Shown one piece after another: positions 34,736-43,619 of a DNA stretch of 64,000 nucleotides. This stretch comes from an uncultured archaeon (GTDB lineage: Archaea; Aenigmatarchaeota; Aenigmatarchaeia; CAZXUR01): contig CAZXUR010000001.1 in the NCBI GenBank assembly GCA_964644245.1, positions 17,047 through 81,046 on the forward strand, read 5' to 3'. Position 1 is the first letter of the stretch; the number at the start of each line of letters is the position of its first letter. A program made the position numbers and the translations under genes. A model generated the notes under the pieces. It had not been told where the DNA came from, made no database searches, and was given only the letters and a program-made list of their open reading frames with translations.

Positions 34736-35644
34736 CTTTATGCCCAAGGACTGTACGATTTCCTTGTAACGGTTCCTTATGGTTACTTCTGTCACTCCAA
34801 CCGCGTCTGCCACTTCTCTCTGGGTCCTCTTTTCTCCGCAGAGCACCGAAGCTATGTATATGGCAGCTGCGGCCAGTCCGGTAGGACCCTTGCCAGAGAC
34901 CACGTCGTGCTTCTCCGCACCCTTGAGTATCTTGGTTGCCTTGACCTGCACTTTGTCGCTCAGGCCGAGCATGGATGCGAATCTTGGTATATAGTTCTTG
35001 GGGTTGGCCGGAAGTATCCTTATGTTCAGTTTCCTGGCCACGTACCTGTAGGTCCTTCCCAGTTCTCTCTTCTCTATTCCCGATGCCTGGGAAAGTTCAG
35101 TAAGTGTCCTGGGAGTACCGTATTCCCTGCACAGCGCGTACACCAGGGAAGCGATTATAGACTCTATGGAACGTCCACGGACCAATCCGCGTTCCAGGGC
35201 TTTTTCGTACAGTTTGGCGACCTCTTCATGGAGGGTTTGGGGCAGACCCAAATATGCAACAAGCCTCTCGAGTTCGCCAAGTGCAAATGATAGATTCCTG
35301 TCTTTAGACGAAAGAAGACGCTTCTGCCACTTCCTTATCCTGAAGTACTGGGTCCTCTTTCTAGCAGATACTTTGAATAGTTCAGTAGACCCTTTGCCTA
35401 TTTCTGTGGACAGACCCTTGTCGTGCCTCTTGTGGGTGAGTGGAGCACCGGTCCTGGCTCTTTTGACCTTCTGGTCGTGGTCGAACGCCCTCCAATCTTG
35501 CGAGACATCCACCATTCCCTCTTTCAAAACCAGACCACACTTAGCACAAACTTTCTCAGCTTTGTTTGAATCGTCATAGAACTGCGTACATCCACATTCC
35601 GGACACTTTGCCTTTGAATCAGTTTCCGCTTTCTTTCTTGCCAT
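34520..35644 (-). CDS. tfb: transcription initiation factor IIB (TFB) with a poly-(K/S) C-terminal tail of about 70 aa
   Basis: Zn ribbon CPECGC...CAKCG, B-reader, two cyclin repeats, then EEEEEKGKKSKSKKKKKGKSKKKSKEKKKKSKKKKSKKKK... Confidence 0.92.
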   Translation of the reverse strand: MARKKAETDSKAKCPECGCTQFYDDSNKAEKVCAKCGLVLKEGMVDVSQDWRAFDHDQKVKRARTGAPLTHKRHDKGLSTEIGKGSTELFKVSARKRTQYFRIRKWQKRLLSSKDRNLSFALGELERLVAYLGLPQTLHEEVAKLYEKALERGLVRGRSIESIIASLVYALCREYGTPRTLTELSQASGIEKRELGRTYRYVARKLNIRILPANPKNYIPRFASMLGLSDKVQVKATKILKGAEKHDVVSGKGPTGLAAAAIYIASVLCGEKRTQREVADAVGVTEVTIRNRYKEIVQSLGIKEEVEEKAKEDEEEEEKGKKSKSKKKKKGKSKKKSKEKKKKSKKKKSKKKKSKKKKKSKKKSKKKKSKKKKK

Positions 35645-35812
35645 AATATATCACCACGTTACCCCTTGTTAGTTACGACACAGGGCTTATAAACCTTTTA
35701 CCGTCAAGTATTTAAAGGTTTCGGTGGGGGTGTACATAACTTAGAAGGGTTATATTTAAAGCTTTCCCCGAGCCCTTGGCTACATGTATACTGTTTTCAG
35801 GCCTTTTAAACC

Positions 35813-36058
35813 TTAAACTTCCTTCAGACAGAAGCAGATGCACTCTTTGCCGGTGACTTCGTACCTGTAGCCTCTGTACAACCAGCCGTAGGAAGGACAT
35901 GTGGATTTGCAGGTCTTCTTGCAGTCGCCGTACTCGTCGGGCTCGAATCCCTGGAAGGTTATATTGGTTCTCTCGAATTCCTTCTCCGGAGCCTGATACG
36001 TGGCTATGGCAAACACCACCACCGCCAGCACGCCTGCAATCACCAAGTATTTGAGCAT
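35813..36058 (-). CDS. small membrane-anchored/secreted Cys-rich protein
   Basis: ATG at 36058. MLKYLVIAGVLAVVVFAIATY signal/anchor, then an ectodomain with 7 Cys. Confidence 0.45.
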   Translation of the reverse strand: MLKYLVIAGVLAVVVFAIATYQAPEKEFERTNITFQGFEPDEYGDCKKTCKSTCPSYGWLYRGYRYEVTGKECICFCLKEV

Positions 36059-36076
36059 ACAGTCTTTAGGTCGGAA

Positions 36077-36088
36077 AATAATATAAAT
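36077..36088. promoter_or_regulatory. shared AT-rich TATA region between divergent leaderless genes
   Basis: aataatataaat lies about 23-25 nt from both the minus ATG (36058) and the plus ATG (36109). Confidence 0.45.
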
Positions 36089-36108
36089 GTGTCTGAGAAT
36101 ATACAGGT

Positions 36109-36348
36109 ATGAAAAAGCAAAAGAAACCCAAAAAGGCCAAGATTTCTGGTCCCGTTCTACCTCTAGCCCCCTTAGAGAGGGTCGCCAGGAGAGCAGGTGC
36201 CGAGAGGGTATCAAGCGGGGCAGTTGAAGAGCTCAGGGATGCGGTGGAAGAAGTGGGCTTTGACATAGCAAAGGACGTGGTCAAAGTATCCAAACACGCT
36301 GGAAGGAAGACTGTGAAGCCAGAGGACGTAACTGTCGTGGTGAAGTAG
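36109..36348 (+). CDS. archaeal histone with Lys-rich N-terminal tail
   Basis: MKKQKKPKKAKISGPV tail, then the canonical fold LPLAPLERVARRAGAERVSSGAVEELRDAVEEVGFDIAKDVVKVSKHAGRKTVKPEDV. Confidence 0.8.
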   Translation: MKKQKKPKKAKISGPVLPLAPLERVARRAGAERVSSGAVEELRDAVEEVGFDIAKDVVKVSKHAGRKTVKPEDVTVVVK

Positions 36349-36735
36349 ATGGAGACTAAGACAGAAGAAATCAAGAATTTGAAGGAAGGCAGCTACATTA
36401 TTTTAGAAGGCGAGTCCTGCAAGGTAACTTCCATGCAGAGGAGCGCACCCGGAAAGCACGGACACCCGAAGATAAGGCTCAAGGGAGTGGGCATATTTGA
36501 CCACAAGAAGAGAATAATCGTGAAACCGGCCCACGACCGGGTGAAAGTTCCCATAATCGACAAGAGGGGCGCACAGGTCATCGCGCTCATGGACGGTCGC
36601 GCACAGCTCATGGACCTGGAAGATTACAACACATTTGAAACCGAACTGCCGAAGGACATGAAGGATGTCAAAGAGGGAGACCAAGTTTCCTATTGGAAGT
36701 TTGGGGAAAAGACCATCGTTAAAGGCAAGAGATAA
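36349..36735 (+). CDS. eif5a: translation initiation factor 5A (aIF5A)
   Basis: Starts 1 nt after the histone stop. Hypusination loop SAPGKHGHPKIRL. Confidence 0.92.
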   Translation: METKTEEIKNLKEGSYIILEGESCKVTSMQRSAPGKHGHPKIRLKGVGIFDHKKRIIVKPAHDRVKVPIIDKRGAQVIALMDGRAQLMDLEDYNTFETELPKDMKDVKEGDQVSYWKFGEKTIVKGKR

Positions 36736-36921
36736 TCACAGGCCTTTGAGAGCCTTGAACTTGTTCTTCTTAGTAACTTCTCCGCCGATGTCTGCCCATT
36801 CAACTCCGCACCTTGGACATCTCCAGAGCAGCACCTCATAACCCTTAACTTTCTTCTCCCTAACCTTGTTGTGACTACCGCATTTGGGACATATGCCTGC
36901 ACTCTTTGCATCCGGCTCCAT
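36736..36921 (-). CDS. zinc-ribbon protein
   Basis: ATG at 36921. CPKCGS...CPRCG four-Cys ribbon; 61 aa. Confidence 0.5.
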   Translation of the reverse strand: MEPDAKSAGICPKCGSHNKVREKKVKGYEVLLWRCPRCGVEWADIGGEVTKKNKFKALKGL

Positions 36922-36998
36922 GTTCAAGAGTTAACAAAAACGTTTAAAAGGCTTTTTGCTCTGATAAAGATTTATATTCCTTCCCTTCAATTTCTACT

Positions 36999-38315
36999 AT
37001 GGCCGAGGGAATAGAAAAGCTGAAAGAGAAAAACAAACGCAACTTCTTTATGATTGAGAAAAGATTCGGAAAACTGGAAGAGACACTGGAGGACCTGGAG
37101 AAGAAGAACAAGAAGGCTTCCAAACTCATGGAGGAATCGGCAGAGAAACTTGAGAAGAAACTGGAAAAGAAGGACATGGAAAAAATCATGAACAAGCGGG
37201 TCAAGTCTGTGAGGAAATCTCTGAAAAAAGTGAAGGAGGGTCTGCTGGAAAAAATGGATTCCCTGGAGGAAGGGGTCAAGGAGACTTCTGTGAACGCAGA
37301 GCAGATATCCGAACTTGAGGAGACCGTCTCTGTGGCCACTGTGGACCTGAAGAAAATGAGGGACAGACTGACCAAAGACTATCAGGAACTCAGGAAGAAA
37401 CAAAACAAGGACTCCAAAAAACTGGCCAAGCATATAGATGATATGGAGATGAACCAGATAGAGATGGGAAAGAAGGTGGAGAACATATCCACAAAAATGG
37501 AGGACCTGGGCAACAGGTTCGACAAGCAGGCAAGCAACTTCGAATCCCAAGTCAGGAAAGACCTGAAGGGAATAATCAGGGAAGAACTCAAGAGGATGGA
37601 GAAAGAAATCAAGGAACACACCCAGGAACTGGCCGGGGAAGTAGAAGACACAGAGGCCAAGCAACTGGATTTGGCCGTGCATATGAACAATTTGTCAGAG
37701 GAACTGAAGAAGACTGTGGACTCCCAGATGAGCGGTGCAGTGGAAAGGTTCTCGGAGACTCTGGACCAGGAGATAGAGAACAAGACCATGGACCAACTGG
37801 AGGTTGGCAGGGAAGTTAAAGAACTGTCCAAGAGAATAGAAGCACTGGACGATAAAGTGACCGGCAGGGAAAAGACGAAGGAAATGGTCGAAGAGCAGGT
37901 AGAGAAATCCATGACTTCACACGCACAGGAAATGGAAACCAGCCGGGTGTCGGTCCTGGACACCGCTCGCTCAGTGGAAAAACTGGCCTCTGACATGGAC
38001 ACCATTTCCAAGCAAATAGAGCGCATGAACGACCGGATGGACGAAATGGGAAAGATAAGGACTGAAGATGTGAATGCCATAATGAGGGACCAGTTTGAGA
38101 AGTTCACACAGACGCTTGACAAGACATTCTCCAAGTATCCGACAAAGGACGAGATAAGGTCCACACTGGAATCCTACAAGAGGCAGAGGAGCAGGCAGGA
38201 AATGGACACTCTCCAGTCACTGGCCAACACCGTTAGGCGTATGGACAAACACCTTTCTGAAGTACACGGTCTGATTACTAACTTCTCCAGAAGACTGCCG
38301 GTAGTCATTGAATGA
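36999..38315 (+). CDS. long coiled-coil protein (438 aa, E/K-rich)
   Basis: tttatatt lies about 25 nt upstream. Heptad-like charged sequence throughout, with no TM or enzymatic motif. Confidence 0.6.
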   Translation: MAEGIEKLKEKNKRNFFMIEKRFGKLEETLEDLEKKNKKASKLMEESAEKLEKKLEKKDMEKIMNKRVKSVRKSLKKVKEGLLEKMDSLEEGVKETSVNAEQISELEETVSVATVDLKKMRDRLTKDYQELRKKQNKDSKKLAKHIDDMEMNQIEMGKKVENISTKMEDLGNRFDKQASNFESQVRKDLKGIIREELKRMEKEIKEHTQELAGEVEDTEAKQLDLAVHMNNLSEELKKTVDSQMSGAVERFSETLDQEIENKTMDQLEVGREVKELSKRIEALDDKVTGREKTKEMVEEQVEKSMTSHAQEMETSRVSVLDTARSVEKLASDMDTISKQIERMNDRMDEMGKIRTEDVNAIMRDQFEKFTQTLDKTFSKYPTKDEIRSTLESYKRQRSRQEMDTLQSLANTVRRMDKHLSEVHGLITNFSRRLPVVIE

Positions 38316-39315
38316 TTCCGACCAACTTGAGTATGCTTTCAGCCTTTTTCTGGTCCATGTTGTAGTTGTCGAGTACGGTAGGCCTGTCCCTTATGTCCTT
38401 TGCCTTTACTAGTGCCTCCACCAGGACCTCCTCTGATATTCCTATTTCCTTCGCAGTCACCGGAGCGTTCACCTTCTTGAGGACCGACTTTATCTTGACC
38501 CAGTTTCCCTTCTGAAGGTAAGAAGCGATTATGGAACCCAGACCGCACTGATGGCCGTGCAAAGCGCCTGCCTTCATGTGGTCCAGTGTGTGCGAGAAAT
38601 TATGGTCAGCGCCTGAGGCAGGGGAAGAACTTCCGGCTATGGACATGGCAAAGCCCGAAAGGACTTCGGACCACACCAGTGCCTCAAGACCAGACTCCTT
38701 CTTCTCGTTTATCTCATTGACATGGGACATGACGATACTCGATGACAACAGCGAAATGTCTCCCACGAACGGCATGTAGTCTTTGGTGCGCTTCCAGTCG
38801 TTCACCGCAGTTATGTTTGAAATGACGTCTGCACAACCAGAGGACACGTTCTCGTCCGGACAGGACTTTATGATTTCCAGGTCAGCAATTATTGCCACCG
38901 GAGGTTCCACGTGCACGGAGATTTTTCCATCGTCAGTACTAAGAGAAGCCCGGTCAGAGGCGATTCCGTCGTGAGAAGGGGCAGTGGGCACCGACACAAA
39001 GGGGTTTCCGGTCTCGAACCCGCAGTACTTGGCCACGTCTATACACTTGCCTCCACCAACACCCAGGAAGAAGTCTGCTTCCACGTCCTTAGCCATCTTC
39101 TTCAGTGAGGCCTGCTTGAGGTCTTTTATGCCCTGCACCTCGGCCTGAAAACCGCTTTCCTCCAGTACATCCCTGGAATAGTCTCCGGCGATTTTTCTGG
39201 TGGTTTTGTCAGAAATAATCACTGCTTTTTCTCCCAGCCCTGCCTTTTTACAGACATCTCCGATTTTCTCCAGGGCATACCTTTCTATCAGTACTGAACG
39301 GGGCAGCAAAATCAT
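38305..39315 (-). CDS. egsA: sn-glycerol-1-phosphate dehydrogenase
   Basis: GVGGGKCIDVAKY nucleotide motif, DGIASDRAS, and HNFSH...HGHQCG metal ligands. Confidence 0.9.
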   Translation of the reverse strand: MILLPRSVLIERYALEKIGDVCKKAGLGEKAVIISDKTTRKIAGDYSRDVLEESGFQAEVQGIKDLKQASLKKMAKDVEADFFLGVGGGKCIDVAKYCGFETGNPFVSVPTAPSHDGIASDRASLSTDDGKISVHVEPPVAIIADLEIIKSCPDENVSSGCADVISNITAVNDWKRTKDYMPFVGDISLLSSSIVMSHVNEINEKKESGLEALVWSEVLSGFAMSIAGSSSPASGADHNFSHTLDHMKAGALHGHQCGLGSIIASYLQKGNWVKIKSVLKKVNAPVTAKEIGISEEVLVEALVKAKDIRDRPTVLDNYNMDQKKAESILKLVGIIQ

Positions 39316-39355
39316 CGGACCACTCAGTTATTCTTGGAAACAAAGCTTAAATTTC

Positions 39356-40150
39356 TCATATCAGATACATGATTATGAGTTCTGCCAGAGAACCGTAGTA
39401 GAGGGTCACCACCAGTGACAGGAAGAACACCAGACCGTATCTTACCCCATCCTTGATTTTGATATTACCGCCTTTCTTCTTCAGTTTTGCCACTTGTTTT
39501 TTGGTCAGGCCGTCTATCTTTCCGTCAGCAAGCACGTCTCCCTCTCTCAGCTCTGATACGGGAATGCTCCTGAAGAAATAATTTTCCACTGACTTGGCAT
39601 AGAGAATGGACAGTCCGAACATGTCTACAAGCACTATGAGCCACAAAGGCAGGAAGAAATAGGAAAGAACAGAGAAAACCACCAGTGCTAAAGACACCTT
39701 CCATCCGTAGTCCCTGAAGTCCTCCAGGAACAGTCGCCTGATTTTCTTCCTCAACAGTCCCAAGAACATTATGTAAATCAGCATGTAGACAAGACCTACG
39801 ACGAACACGTTGAACAGGTAGGCAGCCGAGAAAGGCAACAGACCGGAAGACTCTGTCAGCCACACCGGCAGGAGGTAACCTACAGCTGCCAAAAGCTTTG
39901 CGTCACCGCCTCCCCACTGCTTTGCCATGTAGAAAGCCCATCCCAGAGCCAGATAAGAGGTTCCCACAAGGGCTGACATTAGGAGTGGCATGTAACTGCC
40001 CTCTGCCAGTGAAAGATATGCCCAGACCAGGACACCGGACAGAGCCATGGCATTGGGTATCTGGTCGGGGATTTCCGTGGTCTTGAGGTCTATGAGCCCG
40101 CAAGCCAGAGAACCTGTGAATGCAACTGAGAGCAGCAGAAGGTCCAACAT
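39356..40150 (-). CDS. prepilin/preflagellin peptidase (A24 family)
   Basis: The two catalytic Asp motifs: CGLIDLKTTEIPD and WGGGDAKLLAAVG. Polytopic membrane protein. Confidence 0.8.
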   Translation of the reverse strand: MLDLLLLSVAFTGSLACGLIDLKTTEIPDQIPNAMALSGVLVWAYLSLAEGSYMPLLMSALVGTSYLALGWAFYMAKQWGGGDAKLLAAVGYLLPVWLTESSGLLPFSAAYLFNVFVVGLVYMLIYIMFLGLLRKKIRRLFLEDFRDYGWKVSLALVVFSVLSYFFLPLWLIVLVDMFGLSILYAKSVENYFFRSIPVSELREGDVLADGKIDGLTKKQVAKLKKKGGNIKIKDGVRYGLVFFLSLVVTLYYGSLAELIIMYLI

Positions 40151-40190
40151 AAGATTTAAATAGAGAACTGGTTTATTTAAAACTAAAGGG

Positions 40191-40916
40191 ATGTGTATTT
40201 GTATGGTTAAAGGTATCCAGCACCTGGGAATAATAATGGACGGGAACAGACGCCTGGCAAAAGCAATGATGAAGAAGCCCTGGGAAGGTCACAAGATGGG
40301 AGTAAAGAAAGCCAGGGAGGTCCTGGAATGGTCCTGTGAAAAGGGAATCAAGTATCTGACTTCCTACACACTTTCAGGAGAGAACCTGAAATCAAGACCC
40401 AAGTTAGAACTCAAATACATATTAAAACTGTTGTCGAAAGAATGTGACCAGGTTCTGGAAGATAAGGAACATCCGGTGAACCGTCTGGACGTCAAGGTGA
40501 GGTTCATAGGAAGGACCCATCTGCTACCTGATGAATTGCAGGAGAAGTTGAAGGAAGTGGAAGACAAAACTTCCGGCAACAAAGAACATGTACTGAACAT
40601 CGCACTGGCCTACGGGGGTCAGCAAGAGATAACCGATGCCACTCGGGAAATTGCAAACAAATGCCTGGGAGGAAACATGAAGCCCGCGGACATAAACGAA
40701 GAATCAGTCTCTGAGAGTTTGTACACCAACGGACAACCAGCGCCTGATTTGATAATACGAACTGGTGGGGAGAAGCGTTTGTCCAACTTCCTGTCATTCC
40801 AGTCAGCCTACTCAGAACTCATGTTTTTGAAAAAGAAATGGCCTGAGATGAAAAAGGAAGATTTCGAGAAGGCCTTACAAGAATTTGAGGACAGACAAAG
40901 AAGGTTCGGCAAATAA
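40191..40916 (+). CDS. uppS: cis-prenyltransferase (undecaprenyl/dolichyl diphosphate synthase, UppS family)
   Basis: HLGIIMDGNRRLAK and IRTGGEKRLSNFL motifs. An alternative ATG lies at 40203. Confidence 0.9.
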   Translation: MCICMVKGIQHLGIIMDGNRRLAKAMMKKPWEGHKMGVKKAREVLEWSCEKGIKYLTSYTLSGENLKSRPKLELKYILKLLSKECDQVLEDKEHPVNRLDVKVRFIGRTHLLPDELQEKLKEVEDKTSGNKEHVLNIALAYGGQQEITDATREIANKCLGGNMKPADINEESVSESLYTNGQPAPDLIIRTGGEKRLSNFLSFQSAYSELMFLKKKWPEMKKEDFEKALQEFEDRQRRFGK

Positions 40917-40942
40917 TTTAAGTTTCTCGGCCAATTATATTC

Positions 40943-41218
40943 ATGCAAGAGCCCAGAAATCTTGTCGGGAAAATAAGCGGATTGATAGAAAAAACTGAGA
41001 AGGCCAACCGGGTCATGGACTACACTCTGAGGCACTACGGGACATCCTGCATCGCCTTCGCTGAATTGTACAAGCAGATGAGACTGGGACCCAGGGTGAT
41101 GGACGTGTACGTGGCCAACGGCTACGCCTCGTACGAAGACGGGAGTTACATTCTCACCGTAGAAGGGAAAGAGTTCGGTACAAAACTAAAGAAAATGGTA
41201 GAGATTCTGACTAGTTAG
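40943..41218 (+). CDS. hypothetical protein
   Basis: 91-aa ORF with an ATG start. No motif. Confidence 0.45.
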   Translation: MQEPRNLVGKISGLIEKTEKANRVMDYTLRHYGTSCIAFAELYKQMRLGPRVMDVYVANGYASYEDGSYILTVEGKEFGTKLKKMVEILTS

Positions 41219-41226
41219 GTGATTCT

Positions 41227-41424
41227 TTGGATCTGACCCAATTAGGTGCGATAACTGTTTTCGTGGGCATCATCCTTATAATCGTTGGTTCCTTTTCCAG
41301 CGGGGGTGAAAGCAAGTTCGCGTTCGGCGGTTTTATCGGACCAATACCCTTCGGTTTCGCCAATGACTCGAGGTTATTGGTGCTGTTGTTGTCAGTAGTC
41401 CTACTTTTCCTTCTTTCCCGTTAA
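41227..41424 (+). CDS. small membrane protein (DUF131-like), TTG start
   Basis: Two TM helices flanking GGFIGPIPFGF. Only a TTG start is available. Confidence 0.35.
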   Translation: MDLTQLGAITVFVGIILIIVGSFSSGGESKFAFGGFIGPIPFGFANDSRLLVLLLSVVLLFLLSR

Positions 41425-43593
41425 CTGTTCTTTCAAGTTTTTGGCGATTTTTGGTCCCAGGAGGGAGGACAAACGAGACTGTGAGGCCTTCTTGACGTCT
41501 GATAAACGCCTCAAACCAGCGTTGTAAAGGATTCTGGACCTGACTCTGCCTATGTTCTTTAGGCGTATAAGAGTCAGCAGTTCCTCCTTGACCCCATGTT
41601 TTATCCTTATCCTCATTTTCTTCAAATACTTCAAAACATTCTTCATGCCCAGAAGGAGTGCAAGTTCGTGGGACGAGTACAAAAGCCAGTCAGCGTTCAA
41701 GGTCTTGACATACAGACCGCCGGGAGCAAGGCCGTATTTTTCAAGCACTTTATCCTCTCCCATCTCGTTTGTCCAGTCCACGAACATCTGGGTCATCTTC
41801 ATCGACCGGAGGAAGGATTCATAGTTGAAGTCCCACTGGTCAGGGACAGGCCCCATTATCCTGTCTTCCAGTCTGGCAGCCAGGTCCTGATAGTCGGGAA
41901 ATTCCGGGTCCCTCACCCTCATCCATGGCTTTATCTCCACCGTACCGGAAATCATCTGGAGGTATCCGAAAGGGTAGAACTTCTCCGGAGACTCAGAGGC
42001 AACCCTCAGTTTCTGGATGATTTTGTGGGCGGTCAGTGGGTCCAGATAGAGCTCGGAAACGCGCTTGCCGATTCTGGTTGCCTTCAGCCGTCTTTCCCCT
42101 GACAGTTCGTCCGCAGACATGAACTCGTCCTTGTTCTTGTCAGAAGACAGGAACTTGAAGTCCACCAACTGGTCTGCGATTTTCTCCACCTTGTTCTTTA
42201 TCTCGCCTATGTCCCCGTACTGGAACCCGAAAAGGGTCTTCTCAAAGAAATCGTGCAAGTCCTGGTCACTCCCGCAGACCTCACTGGCCACCAGTGCTAG
42301 TACGTGCATCCTCAGGACCGGTTCAACCGATAACTTCGACTGGATGGGCTCTGCCTCGCCCTCCAGATATATTTCCTTCAGTTCCTTGAGTTGTGACTTG
42401 CTTTTAGCCACCAGTATGGCTTCTCCCTCCTTGTCATAGTCAGGCCTTCCCGCACGTCCAGACATCTGCTGGTACTCTAGGACTGGGATGTACGAAGACC
42501 CCGAGGAAGGGTAGTAACGTTTGGAGTCCCGGATTACACATCTCCAGGCAGGCAGGTTCACCCCGTAGGCGAGCGTGGGAGTGGAAGCTATGGCCTTTAT
42601 GAGACCGCTACGGAAGTTGTCCTCTATCAACTGTCTTTGCTTAGAAATCAGACCAGCATGGTGGAAGGACGTGCCTTTTCTTATGCACTCGGCCACTTTT
42701 TTGCACTGTTTGGTGGGTTTCTGGAGGACGTTTTCTACTTGTCCGGCCAGTTCTTCCAGTTGTTTCTTCTCTTCCTTCTCCAGCATAGGTGAAATTTCCT
42801 TGCCTATTTTTCTGGCTGCAGACTCTGCGAACCTCCTGGTGGAGACGAACATGAGCACCTGCTTTCCTTTTTTCAGTGTGTCTTTGGACAACAATATATC
42901 TGCCCTTCCCTTGCCCTTTAACTTCTTGTTCTTCCTGCCTTCGAACTTTATCTCGTTCTTGTGGTATATTCCCCGATGGAGTTCTACAGGCCGGTAGTCA
43001 CTCCTGACCATCTTTGCTTCCAGCCATCCCGCCAGTTCTTCAGCATTCTCGATGGTGGCTGACAGTGCAAGCACCTGCCTTTCCTTCAGCTGGGTGAGTA
43101 CGACCTCGAGGGTCGGCCCCCTTCCGGAGTCGTTTATCAAATGAACTTCGTCTGTTATAACCAGGGATACGTCCTGTATCCAGGAGGACTTGTGGCGCAT
43201 AAGCGAGTCCATCTTCTCCGAGGTAGCGATTATCACGTCCTTGTCCTTGAGCCAGGGGTCTGAGGAATCGAGGTCGCCTATGGACAGTCCCACTTTCAGG
43301 CCCAGAGACGAGTACTTCTCTTTGAAGGAGTGGTACTTCTCAGAGGCCAGCGCTCTCAACGGCACCACGTACACAGTCTTCCCTTTCCCATCCTGGAAAT
43401 TTTTGAGGAACGCAAGTTCTGCCACCAGTGTCTTGCCAGAGGCAGTGGGCGAGGCAAGCACCAGATTCTCGCCCTCCAGAAGACCGGCTTTCAGTGACTG
43501 TTCCTGTGGCGGATTCAACTCCTCGAACGGGAGTTCCTTGAGACATTCCATGACATCCGCACGGAAGTATAGACTGAGGTCTTTTACACGCAT
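41401..43593 (-). CDS. hel308: Ski2-like DNA helicase Hel308
   Basis: ATG at 43593. ASPTASGKT, DEVH, SAT, HHAGL, and a C-terminal winged-helix/ratchet/HhH region. Confidence 0.9.
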   Translation of the reverse strand: MRVKDLSLYFRADVMECLKELPFEELNPPQEQSLKAGLLEGENLVLASPTASGKTLVAELAFLKNFQDGKGKTVYVVPLRALASEKYHSFKEKYSSLGLKVGLSIGDLDSSDPWLKDKDVIIATSEKMDSLMRHKSSWIQDVSLVITDEVHLINDSGRGPTLEVVLTQLKERQVLALSATIENAEELAGWLEAKMVRSDYRPVELHRGIYHKNEIKFEGRKNKKLKGKGRADILLSKDTLKKGKQVLMFVSTRRFAESAARKIGKEISPMLEKEEKKQLEELAGQVENVLQKPTKQCKKVAECIRKGTSFHHAGLISKQRQLIEDNFRSGLIKAIASTPTLAYGVNLPAWRCVIRDSKRYYPSSGSSYIPVLEYQQMSGRAGRPDYDKEGEAILVAKSKSQLKELKEIYLEGEAEPIQSKLSVEPVLRMHVLALVASEVCGSDQDLHDFFEKTLFGFQYGDIGEIKNKVEKIADQLVDFKFLSSDKNKDEFMSADELSGERRLKATRIGKRVSELYLDPLTAHKIIQKLRVASESPEKFYPFGYLQMISGTVEIKPWMRVRDPEFPDYQDLAARLEDRIMGPVPDQWDFNYESFLRSMKMTQMFVDWTNEMGEDKVLEKYGLAPGGLYVKTLNADWLLYSSHELALLLGMKNVLKYLKKMRIRIKHGVKEELLTLIRLKNIGRVRSRILYNAGLRRLSDVKKASQSRLSSLLGPKIAKNLKEQLTGKKEK

Positions 43594-43619
43594 GACAAAA
43601 GTTAGATAGGAAAACTTAA

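Noticed and set aside
36987-38164. 231-aa and 260-aa minus-strand ORFs
   Set aside because: They are antisense to the coiled-coil gene. They are low-complexity Ser/Leu/Phe translations of GAA/AAG-rich DNA.
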